Assembly (NCBI GenBank): GCA_903923815.1
Contig: CAIXZC010000084.1
Coordinates: 37,350 to 101,349, forward strand
Direction: 5' to 3'
DNA: 64,000 nucleotides
Source of the DNA: an uncultured Myxococcales bacterium
GTDB lineage: Bacteria > Myxococcota_A > UBA9042 > CAIXZC01
The notes beneath the pieces are model-generated. The model made no database searches and was not told the origin of the DNA. It saw nothing but the letters and a program-made list of their open reading frames with translations. Made by a program: the position numbers and the translations under genes. Below are positions 1 through 9,438 of the stretch, piece by piece. Within the stretch, counting starts at the first letter, position 1, and every line of letters begins with the position of its first letter.

Positions 1-66
1 GGCCACCAGGGCCACCGCCACCACACCCGTCACCAGCGCCGCCAGCAGCGCCTTGTAGGGGTTCAT
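1..66 (-). CDS. First 22 codons of a membrane or secreted protein gene that runs off the left edge
   Basis: ATG at 66..64 (minus) overlaps the folK stop as ATGA (63..66). The translation MNPYKALLAALVTGVVAVALVA is a hydrophobic signal/TM segment. It is absent from the ORF track because the window truncates it. Confidence 0.45.
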   Translation of the reverse strand, partial: MNPYKALLAALVTGVVAVALVA

Positions 67-608
67 CTTCGCCCCCGGGGGTCGGGCAGCAGGCGCACCT
101 GCTCGTCGGCGTCAGGCACCGCCGCCCGCCAGGACTGCCACAGGGACTCCAGGGTCTGGCCCAGCACGGGGTGCACGAAGTCGGGGGCGATCTGCCGCAG
201 GGGGGCCAGCACGAACCCCCGATCCTGAATCCGCGGGTGGGGCAGCGTCAGGAAGGGGGCCCGCATTCGGATCTCGCCGTAGAACAACAGATCCAGGTCC
301 AGCGTCCGAGGTCCCCAGCGCACCAACCGCACCCTGCCGAACTCCTTCTCCAGGGCCAGCAGCCTGGTCATCAACTCCTCCGGCGGGAGGGTCGTCTTGA
401 ACCCCACTGCGGCATTCACGAAGTGGGCCTGGGCCACCGGCCCCACGGGCCTGGTCTCCCACAGCGAGGAGGCCGTCAGGGGCTCCGGCCGCGCCCAGCT
501 CTCCAGCACCTGGATGGCCTTCTTCACCGTCAGGACGGCGTCTCCAAGGTTGCTCCCCAGCCCCACAAACACCTGGGTCAACGGAGTCTCCTGCTGGTCC
601 CCGTTCAT
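63..608 (-). CDS. folK: 2-amino-4-hydroxy-6-hydroxymethyldihydropteridine pyrophosphokinase (HPPK)
   Basis: The 181-aa ORF has HPPK signatures: VGLGSNLGD near the N-terminus, WGPRTLDLDLL, and LPHPRIQDRGFVLAPL. It is collinear with E. coli FolK from memory. The start ATG overlaps the recN stop (ATGA 605..608). Confidence 0.9.
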   Translation of the reverse strand: MNGDQQETPLTQVFVGLGSNLGDAVLTVKKAIQVLESWARPEPLTASSLWETRPVGPVAQAHFVNAAVGFKTTLPPEELMTRLLALEKEFGRVRLVRWGPRTLDLDLLFYGEIRMRAPFLTLPHPRIQDRGFVLAPLRQIAPDFVHPVLGQTLESLWQSWRAAVPDADEQVRLLPDPRGRR

Positions 609-2317
609 GGGTCCATCCTCCTTGTAGTTGCAGCCTCTGTAAGCAGCTCCCGGGCGTGCGCCAGGGCCGTCTTCGACTCCGGGCTCCCGGACAGCATCCG
701 GGCCAGCTCCTTGATGCGTTGGGCCTCATTCAAGGGCGTCACCACCAACCGAGTGGTGTCCTCTTCAGTGGTCTTCTCAATGTTGAAGTGGTGGTCCGCG
801 AAGGCCGCGATCTGGGGCAGGTGGGTGACGCAGATGACCTGGGCATACCGGGACATGGCGGCCAGCTTGCGCCCCACCTCCCGGGCCGTGGCCCCACCGA
901 TGCCGGCGTCGATCTCGTCGAACACATAGACGGGCACGGGATAGGAGTCCCGCAGGGCTGACTTGAGGGCCAGCAGCAGCCTGGACAGCTCGCCCCCCGA
1001 GGCCGCGTCCTTCAGGTCCGCTGGCGGGGCGCCGGGGTTGGCGGCCAACTGGAAGGCCAGCTCATCCGCCCCCTGGGGCCCCAATCCGGCCTCACCCTTC
1101 CAGCGCAGCAGCACCTTGAAGCGGGCCTTGCCCATGGCCAGATCGGCCAGCTCCCTGGTGACCAGGTCCTCCAGGTGACTTGCCGCCCGCAGTCGCTCCT
1201 CATGGAGTTCCTGGGCCGCCTTGAGGGCCAGCGCCCGCTGCTCCCGTTCGTTGGCCGCGGCCGCCTCCAGCAGCTGCTCCAGTTGCCCCAGCTCCTCGCG
1301 CTCCTGCTCCAGCGCCTGCAGCTTGGTGGCCAGCTCCTCCGCCGAGTGGCAGGCGTTGCGCACCATGGCCCGCTCCAGCGCCGCCAACCGCCCCTGCAGC
1401 CGGTCCAACTGGGCTGGATCGGGCTCGCAGTCCCCCAGCAGGGCCTGGAACTCGAAGCTCAGGTCCTTGAGCTCTATGACCGTAGACCCCAGGCGCTCCC
1501 GCAGGGGGGCCAGGGCGGGCAACCAGCGCTCGGCCTGCCCCAGGCGCGCCCCCAGACCCTCCAAGCGTGACACCAGGTCCTTGTCCGAGTCCGTCAACTC
1601 CTCCACCGCCCGCCCCAGGGCCTCGCCTATCTCCACGGCGTGCCCCAGCCCCTTGATGCGCTCCCGCAGGGAGGTCTCCTCACCTGCCTTGGGCGCCAGG
1701 ACCGCCAGCTCCTCCAGGATGGTATCCAGCCACGCGGCCCGCTCCGCCCGGCGCTGCTCCCGCTGGGTCAACTCCGTCAGCGCTCCCCGGGCCTCCACCC
1801 ACGCGCCATGGGTCCGGGCCATGGTCTCCAGGCGGCCCCCCGGCTCTGCCAGCCGCCCGAAGCGATCCAGCATGGCTCCCTGCAGGTCCCGCTCCAGCAG
1901 GCGCACCTGCTCGTGCTGGCTGGCCACGTCCACCAGCCCCCCGGCAAGCTCTCGCAGGGTCTTGAGGGTGGACAGGGAGCCCCCAATCCGCACCTGCTCC
2001 TTCTTCTGGCCGTCCCGCAGATCCATGTAGCGCCGAAAGGCCAGCAGGTGCTCGTCCGGGTCCAGGCCCAGTTGTTCCCTGAGGGCCCCGGCGTTCTCCA
2101 GGGCGTCCAGGTCAAACAACCCCTCCACCTCCGCCTGCGTCTCCCCGGCGCGCACCATGGAGGGGCTGGCCTTGCGGCCGCACAGCAGGGCCACGGTGGC
2201 CAGGATGAGGGACTTGCCCGCGCCGGTCTCGCCGCTCATGACGACGAAGCCCGCCGGCAGGTCCAGCTCCAGGGTGTCGATGATGGCGATATTTCGGGCC
2301 CTGATTCGACTGAGCAT
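605..2317 (-). CDS. recN: DNA repair protein RecN (SMC-like ATPase)
   Basis: The conserved N-terminus MLSRIRARNIAIIDTLELDL...GETGAGKS (Walker A) begins at ATG 2317, preceded by GGAGG (2324..2328, minus). A long coiled-coil middle is followed by the C-terminal FDEIDAGIGG...VICVTHLPQIAA. The 133 upstream codons of track ORF 605..2716 are Arg/Gly/Ala-rich read-through. Confidence 0.93.
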   Translation of the reverse strand: MLSRIRARNIAIIDTLELDLPAGFVVMSGETGAGKSLILATVALLCGRKASPSMVRAGETQAEVEGLFDLDALENAGALREQLGLDPDEHLLAFRRYMDLRDGQKKEQVRIGGSLSTLKTLRELAGGLVDVASQHEQVRLLERDLQGAMLDRFGRLAEPGGRLETMARTHGAWVEARGALTELTQREQRRAERAAWLDTILEELAVLAPKAGEETSLRERIKGLGHAVEIGEALGRAVEELTDSDKDLVSRLEGLGARLGQAERWLPALAPLRERLGSTVIELKDLSFEFQALLGDCEPDPAQLDRLQGRLAALERAMVRNACHSAEELATKLQALEQEREELGQLEQLLEAAAANEREQRALALKAAQELHEERLRAASHLEDLVTRELADLAMGKARFKVLLRWKGEAGLGPQGADELAFQLAANPGAPPADLKDAASGGELSRLLLALKSALRDSYPVPVYVFDEIDAGIGGATAREVGRKLAAMSRYAQVICVTHLPQIAAFADHHFNIEKTTEEDTTRLVVTPLNEAQRIKELARMLSGSPESKTALAHARELLTEAATTRRMDP

Positions 2318-2486
2318 GCCAATCCTCCGACCGCGAAAACTAGCAGGTTCCCGCCCCGGGTGGTACTGCATTTTTCCGCCTCCCCCCGTCCCCTCCACAC
2401 CCCCTGGACCCTTCAGGGCGGCCTTGACAAAGCGGGGGCCGCGTGTTTGCCTACCAACAGTTGAGCCCCGAAGAAAGGCCTGCACC

Positions 2487-3515
2487 ATGACGCCAACAAA
2501 CGCCCTCTCCAAGCTCGTCCTTGTGGCCCTCCTGGGGGTCTTCACCTGCGCCTGCGCCGACAAGGCCCAGGAGCTCCCCGGCCTGGACAGTGGCACGCCC
2601 GCCGCCGTGGCCCCCGAGGTCCAGGCCCCCGTTGCGCCCGCCCTGGAGGGCACCGAGCCCCTGGCCGACCTGGTGGCCACCCCCGCCGGTGACCCAGTCC
2701 TGTTCCGCCCCGCCAAGGAGGGCCAGTGGAAGTATCAGGTGGAGCTGCGCCAGAAGGCCGCCACCCTGTTCCCCGGCCGCAAACCCATGGTGGCGGACAT
2801 CTCCCAGACCTTCGTGCTGACCCTGGCCGTCAAGCCCCTGGAGGACGGCAAGCTGGAGGCCCGTTACGGCATCGAGAACATGAAGATCGTCCCCCTGGGG
2901 CCCGATGGCAAACCTGCGGAGGGCAGCTTCGAGCGCATCCAGCAGTTCTCGGCGGCCCTCCAGGGCGTCAGCGCGGTGCGCAAGCTGGACCCCCAGACCG
3001 GCGCCGTGCTGGACTTTCAGGTGGAGTCCAAGGGGGCCCTTGCCCCCGGCGTCAAGGAGATCTTCTCTCAGCTCCTGCGGGACCTGACCTATTCCTGGCC
3101 CGCCGACCCCAAGAAGCCCGGCGAGACCTGGGACTCGGGCCTGGAGGACAAGCAGGCGCGGGCGGGCGGCGACAGCGTCATCAAGATCAGCGCCACCACC
3201 ACCTTCGTGGGCGCCACCAGTCTGGAGGGCGTGCCCTGCCTGCTGCTGCGCACCCAGGGGACGCTGGACGAAGTGGGCACTCTGAAGCGCCAGGGCATCC
3301 TGGGCAGCACCCGGGGCGCGGGGAACCTGCAGAAGGCTGTGGTCCTGGACCCCGCAGGGGGCCTGATCATCAAGCTGGCGGCCCGCAGCACCATGACCCG
3401 CAACACCATCTTCGCCAAGGCGGGGGACTCCATGGGGCACCAGGAGGACCTGGCCCTGACGCTCAACGCAACACTCCTGGACACGGCAAAGGAGGCGGCC
3501 AATGGCGGAAAGTAG
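2487..3515 (+). CDS. Hypothetical secreted protein or possible lipoprotein (342 aa)
   Basis: ATG 2487 gives MTPTNALSKLVLVALLGVFTCACADK, a signal peptide followed by Cys. The rest is a Lys/Glu/Gly-rich soluble domain with no recognisable family. The upstream part of track ORF 2157..3515 is antisense to the recN 5' end. Confidence 0.6.
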   Translation: MTPTNALSKLVLVALLGVFTCACADKAQELPGLDSGTPAAVAPEVQAPVAPALEGTEPLADLVATPAGDPVLFRPAKEGQWKYQVELRQKAATLFPGRKPMVADISQTFVLTLAVKPLEDGKLEARYGIENMKIVPLGPDGKPAEGSFERIQQFSAALQGVSAVRKLDPQTGAVLDFQVESKGALAPGVKEIFSQLLRDLTYSWPADPKKPGETWDSGLEDKQARAGGDSVIKISATTTFVGATSLEGVPCLLLRTQGTLDEVGTLKRQGILGSTRGAGNLQKAVVLDPAGGLIIKLAARSTMTRNTIFAKAGDSMGHQEDLALTLNATLLDTAKEAANGGK

Positions 3516-3981
3516 GGTCATCAAGCGTTACTCCAACCGCAAGCTCTACGACACCAGCGAAAGCCGCTACGTGACCCTCTCCGTAGTGGCCGAACTGATC
3601 AAGGACGGGGTGGACCTGGTCATCATCGACAACACCACCGGCGAGGACATCACCACCCGGACCCTGGCTCAGGTGCTGCTGGAGGAGGAGCGGACCCACC
3701 GCAATCCTTTGAACCTCATGGCCGTGCGGGACCTCATCAAGTCCTCGGGCGAGCTGCTGCACAACCTGGATCACCTGCGGGCGGACGCGGGGCGCAAGGT
3801 CACGACCTTCCGCACCGAGGCCGAGAAGCGTGTGAACGAACTGAAGGAAGACGCGGAGAAGAAGCTCAGCCACATCCTGGGGGCCACCCGGAGTCCCGAT
3901 CTGGCCCAGCGGGTGGAGGCCCTGGAGGCCCGCCTGGAAGCTCTTGAGGCATTGTTGAGGAAGCCCACGATCAAGCGCTGA
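3502..3981 (+). CDS. PhaR-like DNA-binding protein (polyhydroxyalkanoate synthesis repressor family)
   Basis: The N-terminus VIKRYSNRKLYDTSESRYVTLSVVAELIKDGVDLVIIDNTTGEDITTRTLAQVL matches the PHB/PHA accumulation regulator DNA-binding domain pattern (IKKYPNRRLYDT..S.Y.TL). GGAGG at 3491..3495 lies 6 nt before the ATG. The C-terminal half looks like a coiled coil. Confidence 0.7.
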   Translation: MAESRVIKRYSNRKLYDTSESRYVTLSVVAELIKDGVDLVIIDNTTGEDITTRTLAQVLLEEERTHRNPLNLMAVRDLIKSSGELLHNLDHLRADAGRKVTTFRTEAEKRVNELKEDAEKKLSHILGATRSPDLAQRVEALEARLEALEALLRKPTIKR

Positions 3982-3992
3982 GGGCGCCCCTG

Positions 3993-5573
3993 TCAGACCA
4001 TGTCCAGCACCCGGTAGACCCGCACCAACTCGGCGATTCCCTTGCACTTTATGGGCTCTTTTTCCTTCACCAGGAAGTGCTTCTCCACCAGCCTGAAGGT
4101 GTCCTCGGAGATCAGCACCTCGCCGGCGGAGGCGGCCGAGCACAGGCGGGAGGCGCGGTTCACGTAGCCCCCCACGACGGTGTAGCTGATGGTCTTGGAG
4201 GAGCCCATGAGGCCCGCCACCACGGGGCCCGTGTCGATGCCGATGCCGATGGCCAGCTCTTCGCCGAAGCGCTCTTTGAATTTCTCGTTCAGGGAGGTGA
4301 GGAGCCGCTGCATTCGCACCGCCGCGCCCACCGCCATGACGGGGTCATCTGGGGTGGAGATGGGGGCGCCCCAGAGGGCCATGATGGCGTCGCCCATGAA
4401 CTTGTCCAGGGTGCCGCCGTGCTGGAACACGATCTCCACCATGGACTCGAAGTAGTCGTTCAGCAGCCCTACGATCTCGTCGGGCTTGCGCCGCTCGGAC
4501 ATGGTGGTGAAGCCCCGGATGTCGGAGAACATGATGGTGACGTTCTTGTACTCGCCGCCCTTCTCCAGGACCATCTGGCCGTTCAACACCTTCTCGACCA
4601 GATTGGGGGACAGGAAGCGGGACAGCTTGTGCTTGGTCTCGGCGTCGGCCTCGATGCGGCGCGCCAGGAAGACGTTCTCGATCTGCAAGGCCACCTGCCC
4701 CGCCAGGGACTGCACCACCGCCAGGTCCTGCTCGTTGAAGATGCCCGCGGCGCTCTGGGAGTCCATGTGGAGGATGCCCAGCACCGCCCCTCCGCGGCTT
4801 AGCAGCGGCACCGTCATGGTGCTGCGGATGCCCTGCAGGATGATGCTCTTGGCCTGGTCGAAGCGGTCGTCCACCAGGGCGTCCGAGCTGAGCACCGACC
4901 GGCGGTCCTTGAGCACCTGATTCACGATGGTGCTGCTGACCACCACCTTCTGCTTCTCGTCCCTGGGGTCCTTGGTCTTGACCTTGGTGATCTCCAGCCG
5001 GTTCTCGGCGGGGTTCAGCAGCATGACGATGCCCCGGCCCACCCCGGGGATGAACTGGAAGATCAGCTCGAACGTCTTGTCCAGCATGATCTTCAGGTCC
5101 AACTCCAGGGCCAGCTCCTGATGCAGCAAATAGGCCAGGCGCAGGCGGTCGTAGTCCCGCCGCAGGGCGCCCTCGTCCTTGATCTCGGCGGCGGCCAGGA
5201 AGTTGGTGGCGGACTTGTAGTCCAGCACGGAGCGCACCGCCGAGGTGATGGTCTTGTCGGACAGCTCGACCTCTTCCTCGGTGCGCTGGTCACCCTCGAA
5301 GGTGATCTTGGTGGCGCCTATGCCGATGGAGTCGCCGGTCCGCAGGGTGTGGGGCTCCCGGACCATCTTGCCGTTGACAAAGGTACCGTTGCGGCTGTTC
5401 AGGTCCGTCAGCAGGTACTCGCTGCCCACCTTCTCGATGCGGGCGTGCTCCTTGGACACCAGCCGATCCAGGATCTGCAGGCTCTGCTCCGGGTGGCGGC
5501 CCATGCTGAGGGGCACGTTGAGGGGGACCTCCTGATCGGGGATGCCGGGCGTGGAGATGATCAGCTTTGCCAT
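3993..5573 (-). CDS. FHA - GAF - class III adenylate/guanylate cyclase signalling protein
   Basis: The N-terminal FHA pattern is MGRHPEQSLQILDRLVSKEHARIEK...LTDLNSRNGTFVNG. The central part is GAF-like. The C-terminal cyclase core is VTIMFSDIRGFTTMSE...FMGDAIMALWGAP...GIGIDTGPVVAGLMGS...YTVVGGYVNRASRL. Confidence 0.85.
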   Translation of the reverse strand: MAKLIISTPGIPDQEVPLNVPLSMGRHPEQSLQILDRLVSKEHARIEKVGSEYLLTDLNSRNGTFVNGKMVREPHTLRTGDSIGIGATKITFEGDQRTEEEVELSDKTITSAVRSVLDYKSATNFLAAAEIKDEGALRRDYDRLRLAYLLHQELALELDLKIMLDKTFELIFQFIPGVGRGIVMLLNPAENRLEITKVKTKDPRDEKQKVVVSSTIVNQVLKDRRSVLSSDALVDDRFDQAKSIILQGIRSTMTVPLLSRGGAVLGILHMDSQSAAGIFNEQDLAVVQSLAGQVALQIENVFLARRIEADAETKHKLSRFLSPNLVEKVLNGQMVLEKGGEYKNVTIMFSDIRGFTTMSERRKPDEIVGLLNDYFESMVEIVFQHGGTLDKFMGDAIMALWGAPISTPDDPVMAVGAAVRMQRLLTSLNEKFKERFGEELAIGIGIDTGPVVAGLMGSSKTISYTVVGGYVNRASRLCSAASAGEVLISEDTFRLVEKHFLVKEKEPIKCKGIAELVRVYRVLDMV

Positions 5574-5632
5574 GTGTCACCCACAAAGTTCGGCGGGGTT
5601 CCAGGGCCACCCCGGCGCGTTCAATAACCTGG

Positions 5633-6193
5633 TCAACGGTCCGTCCCGACGGTCGCCTCGCCCAGGCCCAGCTTGGGGTCCAGGTAGCGCTTGCCGCCCT
5701 GCTTGACCACCGCCAGGCTCACCTGGGAGCCATCCTGCTGGACCACCCAGAAGAGGCGGCGATTGGAGTCATCCTTGACGTTCAACTCGGGGGCCGGCCC
5801 GGTCACATAAAAGGGCGCGGACCCGGCCAGGGTGGCCACGGGATCCCAGGAGGGCATGTCGCCCCGGGGCAGCAAACCCTGCGCAAACAGCTTCTCGCCG
5901 TCCAGGCCCAGTGCCTTGGAGGCCGCCATCCAGTCCGCCCGGAACCCCGGTGACAGCAGCGCCCAGGCCTCCTGGCTGCGCCCCTCCCGCCAGTGGGTCT
6001 TGAAGGACTCCAGCAGGGCCTCGCAGGCCCGCGCGGCGCCGTCGTCGTCCCACTCCTTCTGGATGCGGGTCACGGACGAGGCCTCATCCCCCACCACAGG
6101 CTCAATCCGCAGGGTGGGCCCGCAGGCCGTGCCCAGCCACACCCCACCCAGGGTCAGCAGGACCGCCAGGCTATTGCTTCTTGGTTGCTTCAA
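5633..6193 (-). CDS. Hypothetical lipoprotein-like protein (186 aa)
   Basis: A TTG start at 6193 follows GAGGG. The signal peptide KQPRSNSLAVLLTLGGVWLGTAC is followed by a soluble domain of no recognisable family. It overlaps the end of the upstream gene by 23 nt. Confidence 0.55.
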   Translation of the reverse strand: MKQPRSNSLAVLLTLGGVWLGTACGPTLRIEPVVGDEASSVTRIQKEWDDDGAARACEALLESFKTHWREGRSQEAWALLSPGFRADWMAASKALGLDGEKLFAQGLLPRGDMPSWDPVATLAGSAPFYVTGPAPELNVKDDSNRRLFWVVQQDGSQVSLAVVKQGGKRYLDPKLGLGEATVGTDR

Positions 6194-8051
6194 AGGTTCC
6201 CTCGAATGAGTTGGCTTCGCCCGAGCTGACCTCCACCTTGCCCCACCATTGACCGTTGGTCAGGTGATCCACGTAAAGGTCGTCGTTCTCGTCCACCAGG
6301 GTGCACTTGCCCTGGATGCGAAGACGTGAGCTGGTGGCGAGGCCGGCGATCCAGCCCTCCACCGGCGAGATGATCCAGCCCTCCGCGTCATTGCAGAAGT
6401 TCACGATGGTGTCCGAGCCCACCCCGATGCCGTCCAGGATGTCCCCCGCGAAGCTGTTGCCCAGGGCCTCGCAGTTGATCAGCGAGTACAACAGGTCGGT
6501 GAGGCTGTCATAGGGGCTGACCTTGGGCAGGATCAGCTTGTTGAGCACGAACAGGATGAGCTTGCCGTAGTTCAGCTCGATGACGTGGGACTCGATGACC
6601 ATCTGGTCGAAGTTGGCCACGGACCCGGTGAACACCCCCGCCAGCAGGTCCATGGGGAAGTCCGTGTTGTTCAGGTCCTCCAGCGAGAAGTCATGGGCCG
6701 CGCAGGCCACGAAGCCCGGGTCCCCCTCGGGTGGGCAGCCCGTGCGCCAATAAAGCCGCAGCCCCTTCCAGGCCTGGATGCCCTGGATGACCTGGGCGGC
6801 GCCCTTCTCGGTGATGCTCAGCTCCGAGTGCAGCTCCAGGTTGTTGACGATCTGGATCAGATCCTCGCCCACGGTGAAGAAGCCGCTGAGGGGCTCCCAA
6901 TTCAGCAGCAGGTTGCTGACCAGACTGGCCAGCTCGTCCTCGAAGAGGGAGAACACGAAGTTGGTGATCAGGGGGCTGATGATCTGGGACACGCCGGTCT
7001 TGACCAGGTCCACGATGATCTTGCCGGGGTTGGTGAAGACGTTCACCACCAGGGTCACGATCTGCCCCGCCTGCCCCGGGATGGCCCCCGTGAAGTTGAA
7101 CTTGTTGACCGCGTCGTACTTGCCCGAGGACTGCAGGTACAGCAGGTACATGTTGAGGGTTACGTCGGTGTATTCGGACTCGCCGTCGGGCAGCACCCGG
7201 ATGGCGTCCACGCAGCCCGCCGCCGTCAGGTGTCCCGTGGGCCCCTTGGCGGTGGCGAACAGCACGAAGTTCCCGGCCACCGGCAGGTCCTCGAACACGG
7301 GCTTGGAGGCCAGCCCCGCCACGGTCTTCTGCCCCACGATGCCGTTGGTCCAGGGGTTCACAGCGTTGAACTGGGTGCAGGAGAAGAAGCCCTTGAGCAC
7401 GCGCACGTTGATGCCGTTGACGGGCACCGAGCCGTTGTACTGCAGGTTCACCCGCAGGTTGCCCGAGGGCGGGTATTTGACTCGCACCTGGAAGTACACG
7501 GGCTCGGCCCGCTGGCCCGACAGCTCCACCGTGTACAGCACGTCCCCCAGGGTGCCCGCCCGCAACTCCAGATAGGCCACCCCGGCCTTGTCCGACAGGG
7601 CCGTCTCCTGGGCAAAGAGGGCGCAGGCCTCCCCCTGACAGTCGGGCACGGAGGCCAGCACCTTGAAGTGCAGTTCGTAGCCCTCGGCGGGCCCAAAGGT
7701 GCCCCAGTCCAGGATCTTGGCCTTGATGTGGAAGCGGTCCCCGGTGGTTATCTCCAAGGGTTGGTCAATGTCATGCAGGGGGACGATTTCGAAGCGCTCC
7801 TCCAGGGCGGCGCTGTCAGCGGTGTCGGCCCCATCGGCCTGCCCCGCGCCATCGCCGGCGCTGGCCCCGTCGGGGTCCTCCTTCCACCAGTCCGACCCGT
7901 CGGCGCCAGGTCCCCCATCTTCCGGGGTCCCCCCGCCATCCGTGTCGCCGTAGAGGCTGGTGTCCAGGTCATAGCGCACCGTGGTCTCGCCCCCGCAGGA
8001 GGCCAAGGCCAGGAGGGCCAGGGCAAGAATACCCATATAGATCCGGCGCAT
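6171..8051 (-). CDS. Hypothetical lipoprotein (626 aa)
   Basis: ATG 8051 gives MRRIYMGILALALLALASCGG, a classical L-A-S-C lipobox. An acidic Gly/Asp-rich linker precedes a large domain of no recognisable family. The track ORF starts 15 nt further upstream at a TTG. Confidence 0.7.
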   Translation of the reverse strand: MRRIYMGILALALLALASCGGETTVRYDLDTSLYGDTDGGGTPEDGGPGADGSDWWKEDPDGASAGDGAGQADGADTADSAALEERFEIVPLHDIDQPLEITTGDRFHIKAKILDWGTFGPAEGYELHFKVLASVPDCQGEACALFAQETALSDKAGVAYLELRAGTLGDVLYTVELSGQRAEPVYFQVRVKYPPSGNLRVNLQYNGSVPVNGINVRVLKGFFSCTQFNAVNPWTNGIVGQKTVAGLASKPVFEDLPVAGNFVLFATAKGPTGHLTAAGCVDAIRVLPDGESEYTDVTLNMYLLYLQSSGKYDAVNKFNFTGAIPGQAGQIVTLVVNVFTNPGKIIVDLVKTGVSQIISPLITNFVFSLFEDELASLVSNLLLNWEPLSGFFTVGEDLIQIVNNLELHSELSITEKGAAQVIQGIQAWKGLRLYWRTGCPPEGDPGFVACAAHDFSLEDLNNTDFPMDLLAGVFTGSVANFDQMVIESHVIELNYGKLILFVLNKLILPKVSPYDSLTDLLYSLINCEALGNSFAGDILDGIGVGSDTIVNFCNDAEGWIISPVEGWIAGLATSSRLRIQGKCTLVDENDDLYVDHLTNGQWWGKVEVSSGEANSFEGTFEATKKQ

Positions 8052-8209
8052 TGGTGACACCCCCAAGGTCAGACGTGGGCGGGATTATATTGCATCCCCC
8101 GCCCCCTGGCAACGACCCATTGACCGGCCCCCCGGACCCCTCCGTCCGCTGGCCAAGTCCACCGCTCCGGTGATATGTTTCGAACACTGCGCAGTCTTGG
8201 GAGGCAAAA

Positions 8210-9049
8210 ATGGTTCAAGTCCGGCGCGATCCCATCGAGTTTCTGCCCCGGCTGCCCCCCGCCGCCACGGTGCTGCTGCCCAGCCACCAACCCCTGGATC
8301 GACGGCAGTTGCTGGCCCTGGCGCAGGCCCGGCCGGACCTGCTGTTCCTGCGCTGCCTGGACGACGGCGAGGCCCTGCTGACCCTGGGTCCCGCCCTGCG
8401 TGCGGCCGACGTTGAGGGCAGGGGCCGGCTTGCCCTGCGGCCTCGCCATCTGTTGCCGGGGGGGCCGGAGGGGTTCAAGCGCCTGGTGGGCGGCGTCCTG
8501 CGGCCCTCCCTGGTGTTGACGGGCAACACCTGGACTCTCCGGGCCCCCTCCTCGCGCCCCCCCGCCCCCCACAGCGCCCGGCGCACCCTGCGTCCCCTGG
8601 CCTTCCAGGACGAGTGGCTGCTGCGGCGTTTTCTGGGGGCCTTCAGCTTTCAGGAGCTCAAGCTGCGCTCCCTCACGCCGGAGCGCCTGCCCGCCTGGAT
8701 GGACCTGATCCTGGGCTTCTTTCCCAAGGGCCCGCACCACACAGGCGAGGCCCTGGGCATCTTCGCGTCCGGTTCCCAGGGGCCGGCGCTTCTGGGGCTG
8801 GTGGAGTGGATGGAGACGGGCTCCCTGACCGCCGAGACCGCCTATCTGGTTCACCCGGCCTTTCGTGGGCTGGGCCTGGGTGCGGGCCTGGTGCGGGAGG
8901 TCCTGGGACGCCTTGGGGCCCTGGGCTACCAGACCGTGGAGGCGGGCTGCCTGCCGGGGAATGCGCCCATGATGAAGGTGCTGGAGGGTGCGGGCTTCGA
9001 CGCGGTGGGGCGCGCAGACGGCCTCCAGGGCTATCGTCGCTCGCTTTGA
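8210..9049 (+). CDS. GNAT-family N-acetyltransferase domain protein
   Basis: ATG 8210 is preceded by GGGAGG. The C-terminal half carries the acetyl-CoA binding motif A context, AYLVHPAFRGLGLGAGLVREVLGRLGALGYQTVEAGCLPGNAPMMKVLEGAGF. The N-terminal ~120 aa are unassigned. Confidence 0.65.
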   Translation: MVQVRRDPIEFLPRLPPAATVLLPSHQPLDRRQLLALAQARPDLLFLRCLDDGEALLTLGPALRAADVEGRGRLALRPRHLLPGGPEGFKRLVGGVLRPSLVLTGNTWTLRAPSSRPPAPHSARRTLRPLAFQDEWLLRRFLGAFSFQELKLRSLTPERLPAWMDLILGFFPKGPHHTGEALGIFASGSQGPALLGLVEWMETGSLTAETAYLVHPAFRGLGLGAGLVREVLGRLGALGYQTVEAGCLPGNAPMMKVLEGAGFDAVGRADGLQGYRRSL

Positions 9050-9438
9050 CGGGGCGCCTCCTGGCGCTCCAGCTTGACGCCACAATTCTGATAGAAGTTG
9101 CCCGCCAGGTCGGGGCCCATGCAGAACTCGAAGGGCTTGATATCGGGGGGCCAGGTCACCTGGACCACCCGCCGCTCGTTGGCGCTGGTGGTCCCCGAAC
9201 ACACCGGCAGGGACCGGATGGCCTTGGCGCTCTCCGCCTGCTTCAACTGCACCACCACACAGCTCTCCCCCGGATCCCCCCGGTTCTCGAACAGGCAGTA
9301 GCCCTCCAGGATGTGGCAGACCACCTTCATCTGGGGCTTGAACAGCCGCTGCTCCAGGTCACCGCAGGCCCAGACCCCCGCCAGGACCAGCAGCAGGGCC
9401 GGCAGGCGGGGCAGCAAGGCTGTGGGTGAAAGGGTCAT
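9031..9438 (-). CDS. Small secreted or lipoprotein-like Cys-containing protein (135 aa)
   Basis: The N-terminus is MTLSPTALLPRLPALLLVLAGVWACGD, a signal peptide plus Cys, and 6 further Cys occur in the mature part. Its ATG shares one nucleotide with the stop of the giant TPR gene (TGATG, 9436..9440, minus). Confidence 0.6.
   Translation of the reverse strand: MTLSPTALLPRLPALLLVLAGVWACGDLEQRLFKPQMKVVCHILEGYCLFENRGDPGESCVVVQLKQAESAKAIRSLPVCSGTTSANERRVVQVTWPPDIKPFEFCMGPDLAGNFYQNCGVKLERQEAPRQSERR

Noticed and set aside
2318-2486. SOS (LexA) box upstream of recN
   Set aside because: Only weak partial matches are present (gtactgcattttt; GAAC-N6-GTTT on the recN strand). None fits the CTGT-N8-ACAG, GAAC-N4-GTTC or other LexA consensus patterns that I know.
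2318-2716. N-terminal 133-codon extension of the recN ORF, and the 2157..2486 extension of the lipoprotein ORF
   Set aside because: Both are GC-rich read-through upstream of well-supported internal starts: ATG 2317 with GGAGG, and ATG 2487 with a signal peptide. The two extensions are mutually antisense.
3982-3992. Terminator between convergent phaR-like and cyclase genes
   Set aside because: There is only an 8-bp self-complementary GGGCGCCC with no loop or U-tract in an 11-nt gap. That is not enough to call an intrinsic terminator.
6585-9429. ORFs 6585..8057 (+), 8069..9202 (-) and 8614..9429 (+)
   Set aside because: They lie antisense to, or out of frame with, the 626-aa lipoprotein, the GNAT gene and the small Cys protein. 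The composition is the typical high-GC shadow (Arg/Gly/Pro/Ala).
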